From positions 4,256,001 to 4,320,000 of the forward strand of contig OY969695.1 of NCBI GenBank assembly GCA_963701965.1: 64,000 nucleotides of DNA. The letters are read 5' to 3'. This document shows, piece after piece, positions 32,076-42,827 of this stretch. The first letter of the stretch is position 1, and every line of letters starts with the position of its first letter. The position numbers were made by a program, and so were the translations under genes. The notes under the pieces were generated by a model. The model searched no databases. It saw only the letters and a program-made list of their open reading frames with translations, and was not told the DNA's origin. This stretch comes from an uncultured Gemmatimonadales bacterium. Its GTDB lineage: Bacteria > Gemmatimonadota > Gemmatimonadetes > Gemmatimonadales > Gemmatimonadaceae.

Positions 32076-33485
32076 TTAGGTCGGAGACACGGGGAGCCAA
32101 AGGGTGAACACGCTTCCGTCTCCGACTGTGCTCTCGACTGTTACCCGGCCTTGCTGGAGCTCGGCGAGCAGTCGCGCGATGGCGAGACCGAGTCCGGAGC
32201 CGCCCAGTTCCCGGCTGCGCGACTGGTCGATCCGGAAAAAGCGGTCGAAGACCAGCTCGAGATGCTCAGGCGCGATCCCGGGTCCGGTGTCGTGAACGGA
32301 CACGCCTACCATGCTTCCGTCCTTCCGAAGACGGAAACGAATCTCACCCCGGAGCGTGTAGCGCACCGCGTTGGTGGCAAGATTCAGTAGGATGTGTCGC
32401 GTGCGGTCGGCATCGCCCAATGCCCACGCCGGCTCCACCAGCTCGGCGCGTACCGCCAGCCTTTTGTCGACCGCCATGGCCTCCGTGATCTCCTTGACAT
32501 CGTCGATGACGGGTCGGAGATCGAACGGAACGCGCGCGAGTAGCAGTTGTCGATTCTCGCCCCGGGCAATGAGCAAGAGCTCCTCGACCATCTTGGTAGT
32601 CCGCTCAACCTCACGCTCAATGGCGATCAGCGCGTCACGCACCTCCGCCTCTTGCTGCTGGTGGGCCAGCGCCCACTGCGCCTGCACGCGCACGAGCGTG
32701 AGCGGCGTGCGGAGTTCGTGACTCGCATCAGCCGTGAACGCTTTGAGCGCCCGATTGGCGCGGTCGACGCGCTCGAGCATCCGGTTGATGCTGTCGGCCA
32801 GTGCCGTCACCTCGGCCTGGCCTGTTGGACTCGCGATCCTGGTGCCAAGCTCCGCAGGGCTTATTGCCCGCGTGTCCGCCGTGACGCGCTCGAGGGGGCC
32901 AAGCGTCGCGGCGACAGCCTGGCGCGCGCCGCGACCGGCGCCGAGTGCGGCGAGCGGCAGCAGCACAGCAACCGTACCGACCAGCGCCGCCAGTCCAATA
33001 AGATAGGGATCACGACTGGCGACGACGTAGATGTCGAAGCGACCGCGCGCGTACTGAAGCACTTCGAACCGCCATCGTGAACGCCGCGTGATGGCGGCGA
33101 GCAGAATCTGCCGGACCTGCTCGGGCGACGCGCTCGCGGGGAGGCCTTCCAGACGTTCCTGGGACATCCCCCGGCTCACGTAGTAGACCTGTGACATGCC
33201 GCCCGCATCGGTGGTCGTTCGAGTAATGAGGACCTGTCCCCCCATGCTCAGGAGCCTCTCCGCCAAAGTCGCGGGCATCACGCCACCCGGTCTGGGCGTG
33301 GAGTCCGTGTAGGCTTCGAGCAGCGAGCCAATAACCTCGGCGGAATGCTGCAGGGTGCGGCGCAGCGCAACTTCACCCGCGGCGGCAAAGGCCATGACCA
33401 TAAGGAGCGCGAAACCCGTGAGCGCGGTCCACGCGACGCGTCGGGTACGCCTCGTGAGAACGGTGGCGAGACGCGGCTCGGTCAC
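32076..33485 (-). CDS. HAMP sensor histidine kinase
   Basis: FTADASHELRTPL, NLATNAVRY, DTGPGI, GSGLGLAI. Confidence 0.93.
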   Translation of the reverse strand: MTEPRLATVLTRRTRRVAWTALTGFALLMVMAFAAAGEVALRRTLQHSAEVIGSLLEAYTDSTPRPGGVMPATLAERLLSMGGQVLITRTTTDAGGMSQVYYVSRGMSQERLEGLPASASPEQVRQILLAAITRRSRWRFEVLQYARGRFDIYVVASRDPYLIGLAALVGTVAVLLPLAALGAGRGARQAVAATLGPLERVTADTRAISPAELGTRIASPTGQAEVTALADSINRMLERVDRANRALKAFTADASHELRTPLTLVRVQAQWALAHQQQEAEVRDALIAIEREVERTTKMVEELLLIARGENRQLLLARVPFDLRPVIDDVKEITEAMAVDKRLAVRAELVEPAWALGDADRTRHILLNLATNAVRYTLRGEIRFRLRKDGSMVGVSVHDTGPGIAPEHLELVFDRFFRIDQSRSRELGGSGLGLAIARLLAELQQGRVTVESTVGDGSVFTLWLPVSPT

Positions 33486-34156
33486 GACGGGTCGAGCCGG
33501 TAGCCGGTGCCCCGCACTGTTTGGATCGGTGTGGTACGTCTTCCGGTGAACAGTTTCTTGCGGAGATAATTCACGTAGACGTCGACGACGTTGGTTTCGG
33601 GGTCGAACTGGTAGTTCCAGACTGCCTCGGCGATGCGAGACCGAGAGACCGTCCGGCCCGCGTTCCGCATCAGGAACTCCAGCAAAGCGAATTCTCGCGC
33701 ACTCAGGTCCACCCGCCGCCCGCCCTGTGTGACGTGCCGGGTCAGCGGGTCCAGCGTCAGGCTCCCGACGCTCAGGGTCGCATCCTTGTGGCGGAACTCG
33801 GCGCGCCGAATCAAGGCGTGCACCCGCGCGAGCAGCTCCGCCAGGTCGAACGGTTTGGTCAGGTAATCGTCCGCCCCGGCCTCCAGCCCTCGCACGCGCG
33901 ACTCCAACTCGTCCTTCGCGGTCAGCATGAGCACCGGCGTGAGCACGTGCCGCGACCGGAGCTCAGTGACGATGTGGAATCCGTCGCGACCGGGGAGCAT
34001 GACGTCGAGGATGATGCAGCTATAGCTCGCGCCGAGAGCAAGATCCAATGCACGATCACCTGACTCGGCCTCGATCGCGCCATAGCCCTCCTCTCGGAGG
34101 GCTTTGCTCAAAAACCGCCGCAAGTCGCGGTCATCTTCTACGACCAGAACCTGCAT
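33482..34156 (-). CDS. OmpR-family response regulator
   Basis: VVEDD, LDVMLP, MLTA, KPF, NVVDVYV..TVRGTGY. Confidence 0.95.
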   Translation of the reverse strand: MQVLVVEDDRDLRRFLSKALREEGYGAIEAESGDRALDLALGASYSCIILDVMLPGRDGFHIVTELRSRHVLTPVLMLTAKDELESRVRGLEAGADDYLTKPFDLAELLARVHALIRRAEFRHKDATLSVGSLTLDPLTRHVTQGGRRVDLSAREFALLEFLMRNAGRTVSRSRIAEAVWNYQFDPETNVVDVYVNYLRKKLFTGRRTTPIQTVRGTGYRLDPS

Positions 34157-34274
34157 GCTCTAACCTATGGCGAGTGATGCTGCCTGGCACCCTGCCACCA
34201 TGAGAGGGATATGACAATCCTCTAATGTGGCCGGCTCGTTCTTTCGCCACCCCGTTCGAATTCTACATTGACGC

Positions 34275-36800
34275 ATGATGATCGAGCCTCTGCTCTTCGA
34301 TCTGCGGTACGCGGTTCGCATGCTTCTGAGATCGCCTGGCTTCTCGTTCATTGTCATCGCGACCATGGCGCTCGGCATCGGAGCCACGACGGCGATCTAT
34401 AGCGTGATCGACGCCACGCTACTGCACCCGTTGCCGTACCCACATTCCGCCGAGCTAATGCACGTTGAGGACGACCTTCCCGGCACGGGCGCGAAGGACG
34501 TCGGCATCTCCATCCCCGAGTTCAGAGACCTGCAAAGCTCCGGGATCTTCCAGTCCGTGGCGCTTGCCAGCCACGGCGCAAACACGAACCTCACCGGCGG
34601 CGCTCAGCCCGAGCGTCTCCGCTTCAAGGCGGTGACGCCGAATTACTTCGTGGTCCTCGGTGTCAGCGCCCCGTTGGGTCACACGTTCGATCCGCGCGAT
34701 GTCGCACCCGGCTACAACCTGCAGGTCGTGATCAGCGACGGGCTGTGGAAGAGGGAATTCGGAGCTGATCCACACATCATCGGGAAAACGCTTCGCCTGG
34801 ACAACGACCCCTATCAGGTCGTGGGCGTCATGCCGCGCGGTTTTCGCGATCAGGGCTCAACCAGCGACGAGCAGAATGTGGAGATGTGGTTGGGCGCGGG
34901 ATTTGTCGGCGAGGGGTTTCCGCTTCCGCAGCGCGATCTCCGTCTGCGTCCGGCGGTCATCGCGCGCTTGAGCCCCGGTCTCTCGATTGCGGGCGCGCGG
35001 CGGCGCCTCAATGCGCTGGTTGCATCGCTGACAAAGCAATATCCGGCAGACTACCCAACCCAGGTTGCATGGACCGTGCGCTTGATTCCGCTCAGCGAGA
35101 GCGTGGTCGCCAGCGTTCACCAATCGCTCATTTTGCTGTTCGGCGCGGTCGCATTGGTCCTCCTGATCAGTTGCGTCAACGTCGCCAATCTTCTGCTCGC
35201 CAGGGCCAGCGCGCGGGGTCGTGAGGTCACCGTTCGCCTGGCTTTGGGAGCGCGGCGAACGCGCCTCATCCGCGCGCTGCTGACCGAGATTCTCCTGCTT
35301 TTCCTGCTTGGCGGAATCGCTGGTTTTGCCATCCTCTTCGGCGCCCAGCGGTTCCTGCTGCGACTTGTCCCGGAGAGTCTCCCGCACTTGAACGACATCG
35401 GAGTCGGGTGGGGCGTGCTGGGTTTTGCGGTCGCCGTCTCGCTCGCAGCCGCAACGATCTGTGGACTTGCTCCCGCATGGCTCATGAGACGCACCGATTT
35501 GATCGGTGCGCTTCGGCAGGACTCACGCGGCTCCAAGGGTTCCAAGGAACGCTCGCGCGCTCGCCAGATGCTGGTGATCAGTGAGTTGGCGCTCTCCTTG
35601 GTGCTCATGGTCGCCGCGAGCCTTCTCTTGCGCAGCTTTTGGGACCTGTTCAACGTGCGGCCCGGTTTCAATCCGAGCCGCGTGATGGTGGTGCAGAGCT
35701 GGCTGCCTCGACCCAACGATTCCACGGCGGATCCCTATCACACCGCCACGCAGGAAGCGGTCTTGCTGCGCGAGATTCTTCGTCGCAGCCGAAACCTGCC
35801 GGGCGTAGAAGAGGTGGCCATCGGCAACGCGGGCGCTCTTCCACTGGATCACAGTCCGGGTGATCTGGTGCAGTTGGTATCGATTCGCGAAGGCCTCGGG
35901 ACGAAGGCCAACGAGGCTCCCGTGATCGGTGGTACCCTCGTTACACCCGAATACTTCCACCTTTTGGGCCTGGCGGTCGAGCGCGGACGCGCGTTCACCG
36001 ATCAGGACCTCGAGACGACGCCCCAGGTTGCGGTCATCAATCAGGCCGCGGCTCGCACCTACTGGCCGGGCCAGGATCCGGTGGGCAAACGTGTCCACCT
36101 CGGTATGACGGCGAAGGAGTCTGCCCGCTCCGCTTGGACCACGATCATCGGTGTGACTGGGGACGCGCGCACGGAATCGTTGGCGGACGTGGTCGATCCG
36201 CGGATCTACCTCAGCATGTACCAGCGGGCCTTTCAAGGCAGCGTGAACCAGCGGGGTCTCCAAGGCCTGGCCGTCTTTCTTCGCGGACAACTCGATCCCC
36301 GCGCCATCCCTGCCCAAGTTCGGCAGCAGATCCAGTCCGTCGACCCGGGACTGCCCACTTTCGGTGCCGAGACGATGGATGACGTTATCTCCGCCTCGCT
36401 CTCGGTCCGGCGATTCTCCATGGAAATGGTGGCGTTCTTTGCGGCCACGGCCTTGCTGCTCGCCGGACTCGGCATCTACGGAACCATCTCCTTTGTGGTG
36501 AACGAACAACGGCGTGAGTTCGCCATACGGCTCGCGCTGGGAATTCGACGAGGCGATATCCTCGCGATGGTCCTGCGCCGGGGACTCGGTCTGGCCGCCG
36601 TTGGCGCCGCGATCGGCGTGGTCGGTGCGCTCATCGTCTCGCACCTCATGGCCGGCCTACTCTACGGCGTGTCGCCGACCAATGTCCCCACCTTCGCTGG
36701 CGTCACCCTCGTACTGACCGCCGTCGCGCTAGCCGCCAGTTATTTCCCGGCACTCCGTGCCATGCACCTCGATCCCATCACCATACTCCAGTCCGAATGA
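34275..36800 (+). CDS. ABC transporter permease, MacB/FtsX duplicated (ADOP-type)
   Basis: DLRYAVRMLLRSPGF, SCVNVANLLLARA, LAGLGIYG..RRREFAIRLALG. Confidence 0.92.
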   Translation: MMIEPLLFDLRYAVRMLLRSPGFSFIVIATMALGIGATTAIYSVIDATLLHPLPYPHSAELMHVEDDLPGTGAKDVGISIPEFRDLQSSGIFQSVALASHGANTNLTGGAQPERLRFKAVTPNYFVVLGVSAPLGHTFDPRDVAPGYNLQVVISDGLWKREFGADPHIIGKTLRLDNDPYQVVGVMPRGFRDQGSTSDEQNVEMWLGAGFVGEGFPLPQRDLRLRPAVIARLSPGLSIAGARRRLNALVASLTKQYPADYPTQVAWTVRLIPLSESVVASVHQSLILLFGAVALVLLISCVNVANLLLARASARGREVTVRLALGARRTRLIRALLTEILLLFLLGGIAGFAILFGAQRFLLRLVPESLPHLNDIGVGWGVLGFAVAVSLAAATICGLAPAWLMRRTDLIGALRQDSRGSKGSKERSRARQMLVISELALSLVLMVAASLLLRSFWDLFNVRPGFNPSRVMVVQSWLPRPNDSTADPYHTATQEAVLLREILRRSRNLPGVEEVAIGNAGALPLDHSPGDLVQLVSIREGLGTKANEAPVIGGTLVTPEYFHLLGLAVERGRAFTDQDLETTPQVAVINQAAARTYWPGQDPVGKRVHLGMTAKESARSAWTTIIGVTGDARTESLADVVDPRIYLSMYQRAFQGSVNQRGLQGLAVFLRGQLDPRAIPAQVRQQIQSVDPGLPTFGAETMDDVISASLSVRRFSMEMVAFFAATALLLAGLGIYGTISFVVNEQRREFAIRLALGIRRGDILAMVLRRGLGLAAVGAAIGVVGALIVSHLMAGLLYGVSPTNVPTFAGVTLVLTAVALAASYFPALRAMHLDPITILQSE

Positions 36801-36807
36801 GAGAGAG

Positions 36808-37172
36808 ATGACAATCCTCATGGTGATCAAGCCTCTTCCCCTTCCGCTGGAGCCGCTTCGGCTCCTGCGATGGACTACCGCCGCTTCGCTCATCGCGCTG
36901 GCTCCGTGCCAGGCGCGGAGCGCTATGTCCCAGATCGAGATGTCGAGCCCACCGCCGGCCGCGGCCGCCAATGTCGGCTCGATGGACGCGATCATGCACG
37001 GCTCCTACGACGTGATCTCGGGCCCCCGCGGGCAGCCGCGGCCGATGATGCGAAGCCATCCGCGCGGGGCATCTACAGCGCTCAGTTGTTCCACTATGGC
37101 ATGCGTTGGTACATCGTCACAATGTATTGGGACAACGAGTCCCCTGGGACGCGATTCCGTCGCGGTACTTGA
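36808..37172 (+). pseudogene. Internally deleted NTF2-like secreted protein
   Basis: NVGSMDAI..YDVISGP joined to ARGIYSAQLF..RWYIVTMYWD in another frame. Confidence 0.55.
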
Positions 37173-37214
37173 GCTCGAAGTAACGTGCATCCGACATCCC
37201 CTCCTGGAGACGGT

Positions 37215-37739
37215 ATGAAGATCAAGTATACGATGTGCGCCGTGACCCTCCTGTTGCCACGGCTCGTCGCTGCGCAAAGCAGCCCGGTGGCCGACGCACT
37301 ACGCGATATCGCGAAACAGCGAGGGGCGAACCTGATGGCCGCAGCCGATCTCATGCCGGCCGACAAGTACGACTTCAAACCGACGCCGGCTCAGTGGAGC
37401 TACGCCCACATCATCGATCATGTGGCCTTCTACAACGACTACTTCTGCAGCGACATCTCCGGGCAGCAGGCGCCCACGCGAGCCAAGATGGATTCGACGG
37501 CTGGCAAGGACGCGCTGACGGCCAGGCTCAAGGAGACCTTCGACTTCTGCGCTCAGGCGCTGGCGGGGGTCGACGACTCCAAGCTCGGTGAGCAGATCCC
37601 CTCGTTCGGTGGCAAGACAAAGACGCGAGGCTGGATGATGATGATTACCGCTGCCGATTGGTTCGACCACTATACCCAGTTAGCCATCTACCTTCGCCTG
37701 AACGGAATTCTTCCGCCTACGGCCAAGTCCAAGGCGTGA
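37215..37739 (+). CDS. DinB-family secreted protein
   Basis: AADLMPADKYDFKPTP..HV..HYTQLAIYLRLNGILPP. Confidence 0.88.
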   Translation: MKIKYTMCAVTLLLPRLVAAQSSPVADALRDIAKQRGANLMAAADLMPADKYDFKPTPAQWSYAHIIDHVAFYNDYFCSDISGQQAPTRAKMDSTAGKDALTARLKETFDFCAQALAGVDDSKLGEQIPSFGGKTKTRGWMMMITAADWFDHYTQLAIYLRLNGILPPTAKSKA

Positions 37740-37846
37740 TGACGGAACGGGTCGACGCTCGGCCACGCCTACGGGCGTGGCTGCTAACGCGTACTGGCCG
37801 CTAGTAGTTCGCTGCGAGCCGCAGGTTTTAGGGTAGACAACAGGAA

Positions 37847-37890
37847 GACTGTTAACCGGGAGATCGCTAGTTCAAATCCAGCCGCCCCAG
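37847..37890 (+). tRNA. tRNA-Asn(GTT) 3'-half fragment (att relic, not a functional tRNA)
   Basis: GACTGTTAACCGGGAGATCGCTAGTTCAAATCCAGCCGCCCCAG: anticodon loop, T-arm and acceptor 3' strand; no matching 5' half. Confidence 0.7.
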
Positions 37891-37933
37891 TTTTCCAACC
37901 AAATCAATTACATCGCTTTAGCGGCTCCGGCTC

Positions 37934-38234
37934 TCAACCAACGAGAGCGCGGGGTGCCGTTGGGTGCCGTTTTACGGCACCCCGACTCGTCGACGCTTCC
38001 CACTGCTGCCCCAACTTCGACGGCTCGTTCATCACTGCGAGAATTGTGTCGGGGTCGGGCTGCTGATAGCACTTCACCAGCATCTGAGTGCCCTTCCACC
38101 CACCAGCGGCGGCCACGTCGACGAGCGGGAAGTGCTTCCGCCTCGGTCAACCATCGATCGAGCACACGACGATTCATCAACTTCGTTGGGTTCCGTTCCC
38201 CCGTAAAAACGGGGCCACTGAGTCCACCGATCAA
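37934..38234 (-). pseudogene. Tyrosine integrase C-terminal relic
   Basis: LDRWLTEAE/RKHFPLVDVAAAGGWK..LVKCYQQPDPDTILAVMNE aligns with the 59658-60927 integrase. Confidence 0.85.
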
Positions 38235-38265
38235 GGAACTGTTCCATGATCCGCCGGTGGAGACA

Positions 38266-38454
38266 ATGGCTATGACGACGCGATTTCGCCTGCGCGAAGC
38301 GCTGGAAACCGCGAAGATGAGTCAGGCGGACTCATCGCGGGAGTCTGGCGTAAGTCTTGTCACGATCAACAAAATCAGTAAGAACAAGACCACGCGCGTT
38401 GACCTGCTGACGCTCGATCTATTTAGCGCGCTGGCTCTGGATCGACCCCGGTGA
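38266..38454 (+). CDS. XRE/HTH_26 regulator, damaged C-terminus
   Basis: FRLREAL..MSQ..ESGVS..TIN..RVDL.TLD; similar to 55608-55856. Confidence 0.7.
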   Translation: MAMTTRFRLREALETAKMSQADSSRESGVSLVTINKISKNKTTRVDLLTLDLFSALALDRPR

Positions 38455-39349
38455 GTTGATCACGCGCGCTAAGCCGACGGGCCTCGGGAGCCGCGGCCGC
38501 GGCTAGGATCTCGCCGAGGAACTGTTCGAGCGCGCGCTCGGCATCGCGCAGGTCGACAATGGCGAGGTCCACGGTGCGGGCAAGCGCGGCGAAGGGGCCG
38601 CGCCAGCTCTCCGGAAGCGCGATCGTCGGCGGCCATCAATGTTGAGCGCGGACGCGGAACGTATCCTCACAGGCGTCGCGCACGAGCGCCAAGTCGTTAT
38701 CGGTGACCAGGTCACGGAGGAGCAGCAGGTCGACCGCATCGCGATAGCGGTCGTTGTCGGTGCCTTCGTCCATGACCTTGGTCATGCCGTGGAACTTCTG
38801 CGCAATGTGATAGCGCAGGGACAGGCAAACCAGGTCATGCGGACCGTGCAGTCCGAAGTGGCGTAGCGGGATGCCGGCTAGTCGCTCGGTCTCGGTTTCG
38901 CGACCGTCCGGACGGGCGAGGTCGATCTGCACGGTGGCCCATCGCTGGGAGTGGTAGTCGATTCGCACCCACACACGGACCGCCGTATCACCAAGAGGAT
39001 ACACCTCTCGCTTGCGCGTGAACGTGCATTCTTGGTACGGCTGCCGCAGCGCCTCGTCGAGTGCTTTGACGATGTCGTCTTCTTGGCACTCCACGACTAT
39101 ATCGAGATCATCCGTCGCGCGTGCGCGTCCCGGTAGTCGCAACTCAAGCGCGACGCCGCCTTTGACGATGAACCGTGGCCCGTTCGGACTTGTGCTCGCC
39201 GCGTCGAGCGCGCCGCTCAGCATCATGAACGAGATCCAGTGCCGCACACGGCCCGTGGCGACCGCATGCGCGTTCGCGTACGCCAGAACGTACTTGTCGA
39301 GCTTGCCGACGGATGGCGGCGGCGGCGGGTCCTTCGGCGTCGGTGTCAT
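38423..39349 (-). pseudogene. abiEii: AbiEii nucleotidyltransferase toxin with in-frame TGA at 38636-38638
   Basis: KGGVALELR..ARATDDLD, IAQKFH, RYRDAVDL; continues WPPTIALPESW after the TGA. Confidence 0.85.
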
Positions 39350-39359
39350 AGTGCGCCGG

Positions 39360-39992
39360 TCAACGCCCGGGCGGGTGCCGTCGCACCCTCGGAGCCTGCC
39401 GCGTCCTGGTCCGAACATTGTCGACGTGTTCGGGACGTCCTCTCTGGCGCAGCTCGACGCGGAGGGCGGCGGCGGATGTCTCGCTCAATCGGCCGGAGCG
39501 CATACCATCCTCGATCGCTTGTCCGATGAGCGCTGGGCCGAGATCCGCATTGAGGCTATCGCGAACGGCGCGTTCGGGCGTCGTGATTGGGATGCGTTCG
39601 AGCATGGTGACGTCCGCCTTCGGTAGGTCCTCGTGGTGCACGGTCAGATATCCCGGCACGCGGCGTTGAATGCGGTACGCCGTGGGTACCGTGATGTGAA
39701 TGCGCGACGGATCGACGTCCGACATCTCGTAGAGGGATAGGGCCGTCTCATGTGAGAGCACGCCTCGTTGGCCGTAGGGCCACAGCGTGGCTTGCATGTA
39801 CTGCGCGAGCGGGTGTACCGGGTACGACGTGAGGCGATAGAGCCCCTGGCTCACACGCTCCAGTGCGCCGCGGTTCGCCATCATGACGAGGGTCATCCGA
39901 CTGACGGCGATATCGGCGGCCTGTTGGGCCGTGATGTAGCCCATCTGGTCTTCGACTAGGTCATAGATAGTCCGGTAGGTCGCGGTCGGCAT
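39360..39992 (-). CDS. abiEi: AbiEi antitoxin
   Basis: QMGYIT..LERVSQGLYRL, VLSHETAL, IHITVP, TTPERAVRD. Confidence 0.9.
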   Translation of the reverse strand: MPTATYRTIYDLVEDQMGYITAQQAADIAVSRMTLVMMANRGALERVSQGLYRLTSYPVHPLAQYMQATLWPYGQRGVLSHETALSLYEMSDVDPSRIHITVPTAYRIQRRVPGYLTVHHEDLPKADVTMLERIPITTPERAVRDSLNADLGPALIGQAIEDGMRSGRLSETSAAALRVELRQRGRPEHVDNVRTRTRQAPRVRRHPPGR

Positions 39993-39999
39993 AGCTTGA

Positions 40000-40070
40000 A
40001 AGCTAACAGAATGTTATAGTCTAAGCAATATGACAATATGTATCTGCATGGAATATAACATTTCGTTATA
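40000..40070 (-). promoter_or_regulatory. abiE promoter with two TAAC-N5-GTTA inverted repeats; probably leaderless
   Basis: IRs 40004-40016 and 40054-40070; TTGCTT-17-TAGCTT-7-ATG on the minus strand. Confidence 0.65.
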
Positions 40071-40720
40071 AAGTAATCAGGAGCGTGTGGGCGGTGCAAG
40101 CGCCTCAAACGCCCCATTACTGCTATGGCAGATCTGAATAGCGCGGCTTATACCGGCGCCCCGCGCTCGGTGAGCACAACGGGCACAGTCGGCGCCGGTC
40201 AGGGTATCGCCGGACCCGGTCTACGAATCGGACGGGCACATTGCGCCAGATGCGCGCGAGCTGCGCCCCATTCACGTCGGGCAGCGGGCTGGTCATCCGT
40301 GAGGCGACTGCTGCGGGCGGTGCCGGCGAGGTGACTACGAGGGAGGAATGCTCGACGTGCCTCGCCGGGAGATCGAGGTGCCACAGATGCACGTCGCTCC
40401 GGGTGAAAAAGGGGTGCGGAGAGAATGGGGCAACGTTGACGAGTGTCATCGCGTGCCCTCGCTGGCGCTGATGCCGAGTTCGACGGCGCGAACGGTGCAC
40501 TCCACTGATGACGACATGCAACCTCTCGATGATGGACCGGGAGGCTCGCGGGTATAGGATGCGCGTGCGCTCCAGCGGTGCGGACTTCGAGGTGGGCGGA
40601 TAGCGCCAATCACTACATAACCCGTTACCACTATGTCGCGCACCACAATCACCATGACGCGGTGCGGGCTTAAGCTGCGAGTGTCCGAACATTCGAGCGC
40701 GGTCCATGTCGTCGATCCAG

Positions 40721-41191
40721 TCAGCGGGTGCACGAGCCGGTGCACGTGGGTCTTCCACGAACCGACCTCGAAGTCGAAGTCATGCTGTCCGTCGCGCGGC
40801 GCATGCGATGGCCACGCGCACAGGAAGACGAAGTTGTGTACTCATATCCAGTGAACACGATCGACAACCGTCTTAATGTCGGGCTGACGGAAAGGACACT
40901 CTTGTTCGACGCAAACTCCGTGTCGAGTAGTCTTGCTAGCCGCACTAGCATCCACTCAAAGGAATAGTCAGGAGGCGCGCATTCCTGAATCTGTTTCATC
41001 AGCCATTTGAGGGTCACGTACCCTGCGGCAACCGCTAGGCCGGTGAAGGCGAAAGCCACCTTAGCATCGCCGCACAAAAGTGTGCCGACCTTCGCACCTT
41101 CGTCCGTGCAATATCGTGTATCGCCGGTGAATCGGCGGTCGGATATCTGTACGACGTGATCACCGTTAACTAGCAGAAGGATCAGCGTCAT
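40721..41191 (-). pseudogene. Proteasome-beta/HslV-like Ntn-hydrolase, apparently truncated near 40830
   Basis: M-T-LIL start, SDRR.T, K, AFTGLA; followed by an unrelated fragment DGQHDFDFEVGSWKTH in another frame. Confidence 0.55.
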
Positions 41192-41294
41192 AGCATCGAG
41201 CTGATTCTACACTGGCTAGCGAGTCGAATCACGGGACTTCGCTGGGGCGGGCGGGTTATCTTGAAGAGACTGGTTCCAGCAGAGATCGGCTTCC

Positions 41295-42188
41295 ATGGCT
41301 CCAAAGCGAAAGCATCACTACATACCGAAGGTTTACTTGGACGGCTTCGTCGACCCCCACACTCCGCCGGGCCACGCCCCCTTCATTTGGGTTCGTGATA
41401 TGGCCTCCGGCAATGTTCGCCGTCGCGCACCCAAGAACGTTGCAGCCGAGACTGGATACTACGCAGTGCAAAGGGACGGGGTCGTCAACTACGACAGCGT
41501 CGAAAATGAGCTAGCCGCAGTGGAGAATCGTGCAGCTGTCGCACTACGTCTATATCTCGCGGCCACGCCTGGATCGCGTGGGGCCATCCCCGTGGCTCTT
41601 GGAGACTTTCTAGCGCTGCTTGCCGCGAGGGTGCCTTGGCTCCGTCGCGCCGCCAACGAGCAATGGCGTCTTTTCCTTGATGAGTCAGCAACCCAAGAGG
41701 ACATAAATCTCGACGCCGACTTTCCTGTGTGCCTCAGCCATCGAGCGAGCGGCGAGGAAATACGAATGCCATTGCGCTCCGCTGTCGACATGGTCAGGTC
41801 GGGGGAATGGGACCCGAGTTTCGACCAAGTCCACGTGATCGAACTGATGCAACTACAGGCATGGTACTTCCGAACAGAGCATTTCCCACGCTTGTACTGG
41901 ATACTGCTGACGGCTCCGGGCGGCAAGACCTTCATCACCTCTGATCGTCCCGTAGTGTGGTTCGTTCCGGGTCGTGGCTATGCCGACAGCCCCGGCGCAC
42001 TGAAGGACCCTGACGTTCAACTTTCCGTTCCGCTCGATTCGCGGCGCGCGCTTTTGGCGCTGGGTCGACGACCGGCGTCGCTCGATTTCCGTGTCGCGCC
42101 CGAGGATGTGAATCGACGCACAGCTCACTTTGCGGAGAGATTTATCATAGGCGCCGATCGGACGTTCGGCGGGACGGTCGCACAATGA
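41295..42188 (+). CDS. DUF4238 domain protein
   Basis: KHHYIPKVYLDGF, VENEL..VE, FITSDRPV, PLDS. Confidence 0.85.
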   Translation: MAPKRKHHYIPKVYLDGFVDPHTPPGHAPFIWVRDMASGNVRRRAPKNVAAETGYYAVQRDGVVNYDSVENELAAVENRAAVALRLYLAATPGSRGAIPVALGDFLALLAARVPWLRRAANEQWRLFLDESATQEDINLDADFPVCLSHRASGEEIRMPLRSAVDMVRSGEWDPSFDQVHVIELMQLQAWYFRTEHFPRLYWILLTAPGGKTFITSDRPVVWFVPGRGYADSPGALKDPDVQLSVPLDSRRALLALGRRPASLDFRVAPEDVNRRTAHFAERFIIGADRTFGGTVAQ

Positions 42189-42827
42189 GCGGCGCTTGTC
42201 GAGGACTCCCTTCAGACCGACGGCTGGGCCCATCGGCGCTAACGGTAAGCTGCCGAACGGCAAGCACCATCGCAATACCGCGCCCGTCGCCGAACTAACG
42301 TCTTACCACAATGTTGGCAGCATCGCGGGGCCGGCACGCCGTATCGGGTAGATGTCGGAAGACAGCGCGTGCCGCGCGCGGATCGTTCGGGAGGGGCACA
42401 AGGGCCCGCCTACGCGCGATCTCCGCCGCCGCGCGGGTGAGCTTGGATTGGGCGACGTTCGTACCCGACCGCTCATTTCTGCCGCTTCAAACGAGCAAGT
42501 ATGGTCCCAGTTCGTTCTGACAATCGCGTTCCCCGAACGTGGAGTCGCCATAGCAAGGCGATCACAGAACAATGATCCGTCTGACGAGGCGGTTGTGCAC
42601 CCTGAAAAAGGGATTCACACTGACCAAAGAGACGCCGGATCTCACGACGGGAAAAGCAGAAGGCATCCGGACTAGCGTTGGGCATGGATCGAACCTCGAC
42701 CTTGAAACTCTCATCTCTGCAGGATGAGAGTTGTGGAGCGGACGGACCTATTGAGGTGCAGAGCCAATGCCGCGGTGCCAGCCCGACCTGTGTACGCGCG
42801 GCGGCTCGGGCGAGCGAGGAGTCAGGT

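Noticed and set aside
38636..38638. Selenocysteine or recoded TGA in abiEii
   Set aside because: TGA is the normal stop of many genes here, the position is not an obvious catalytic Cys, and no SECIS was recognised.
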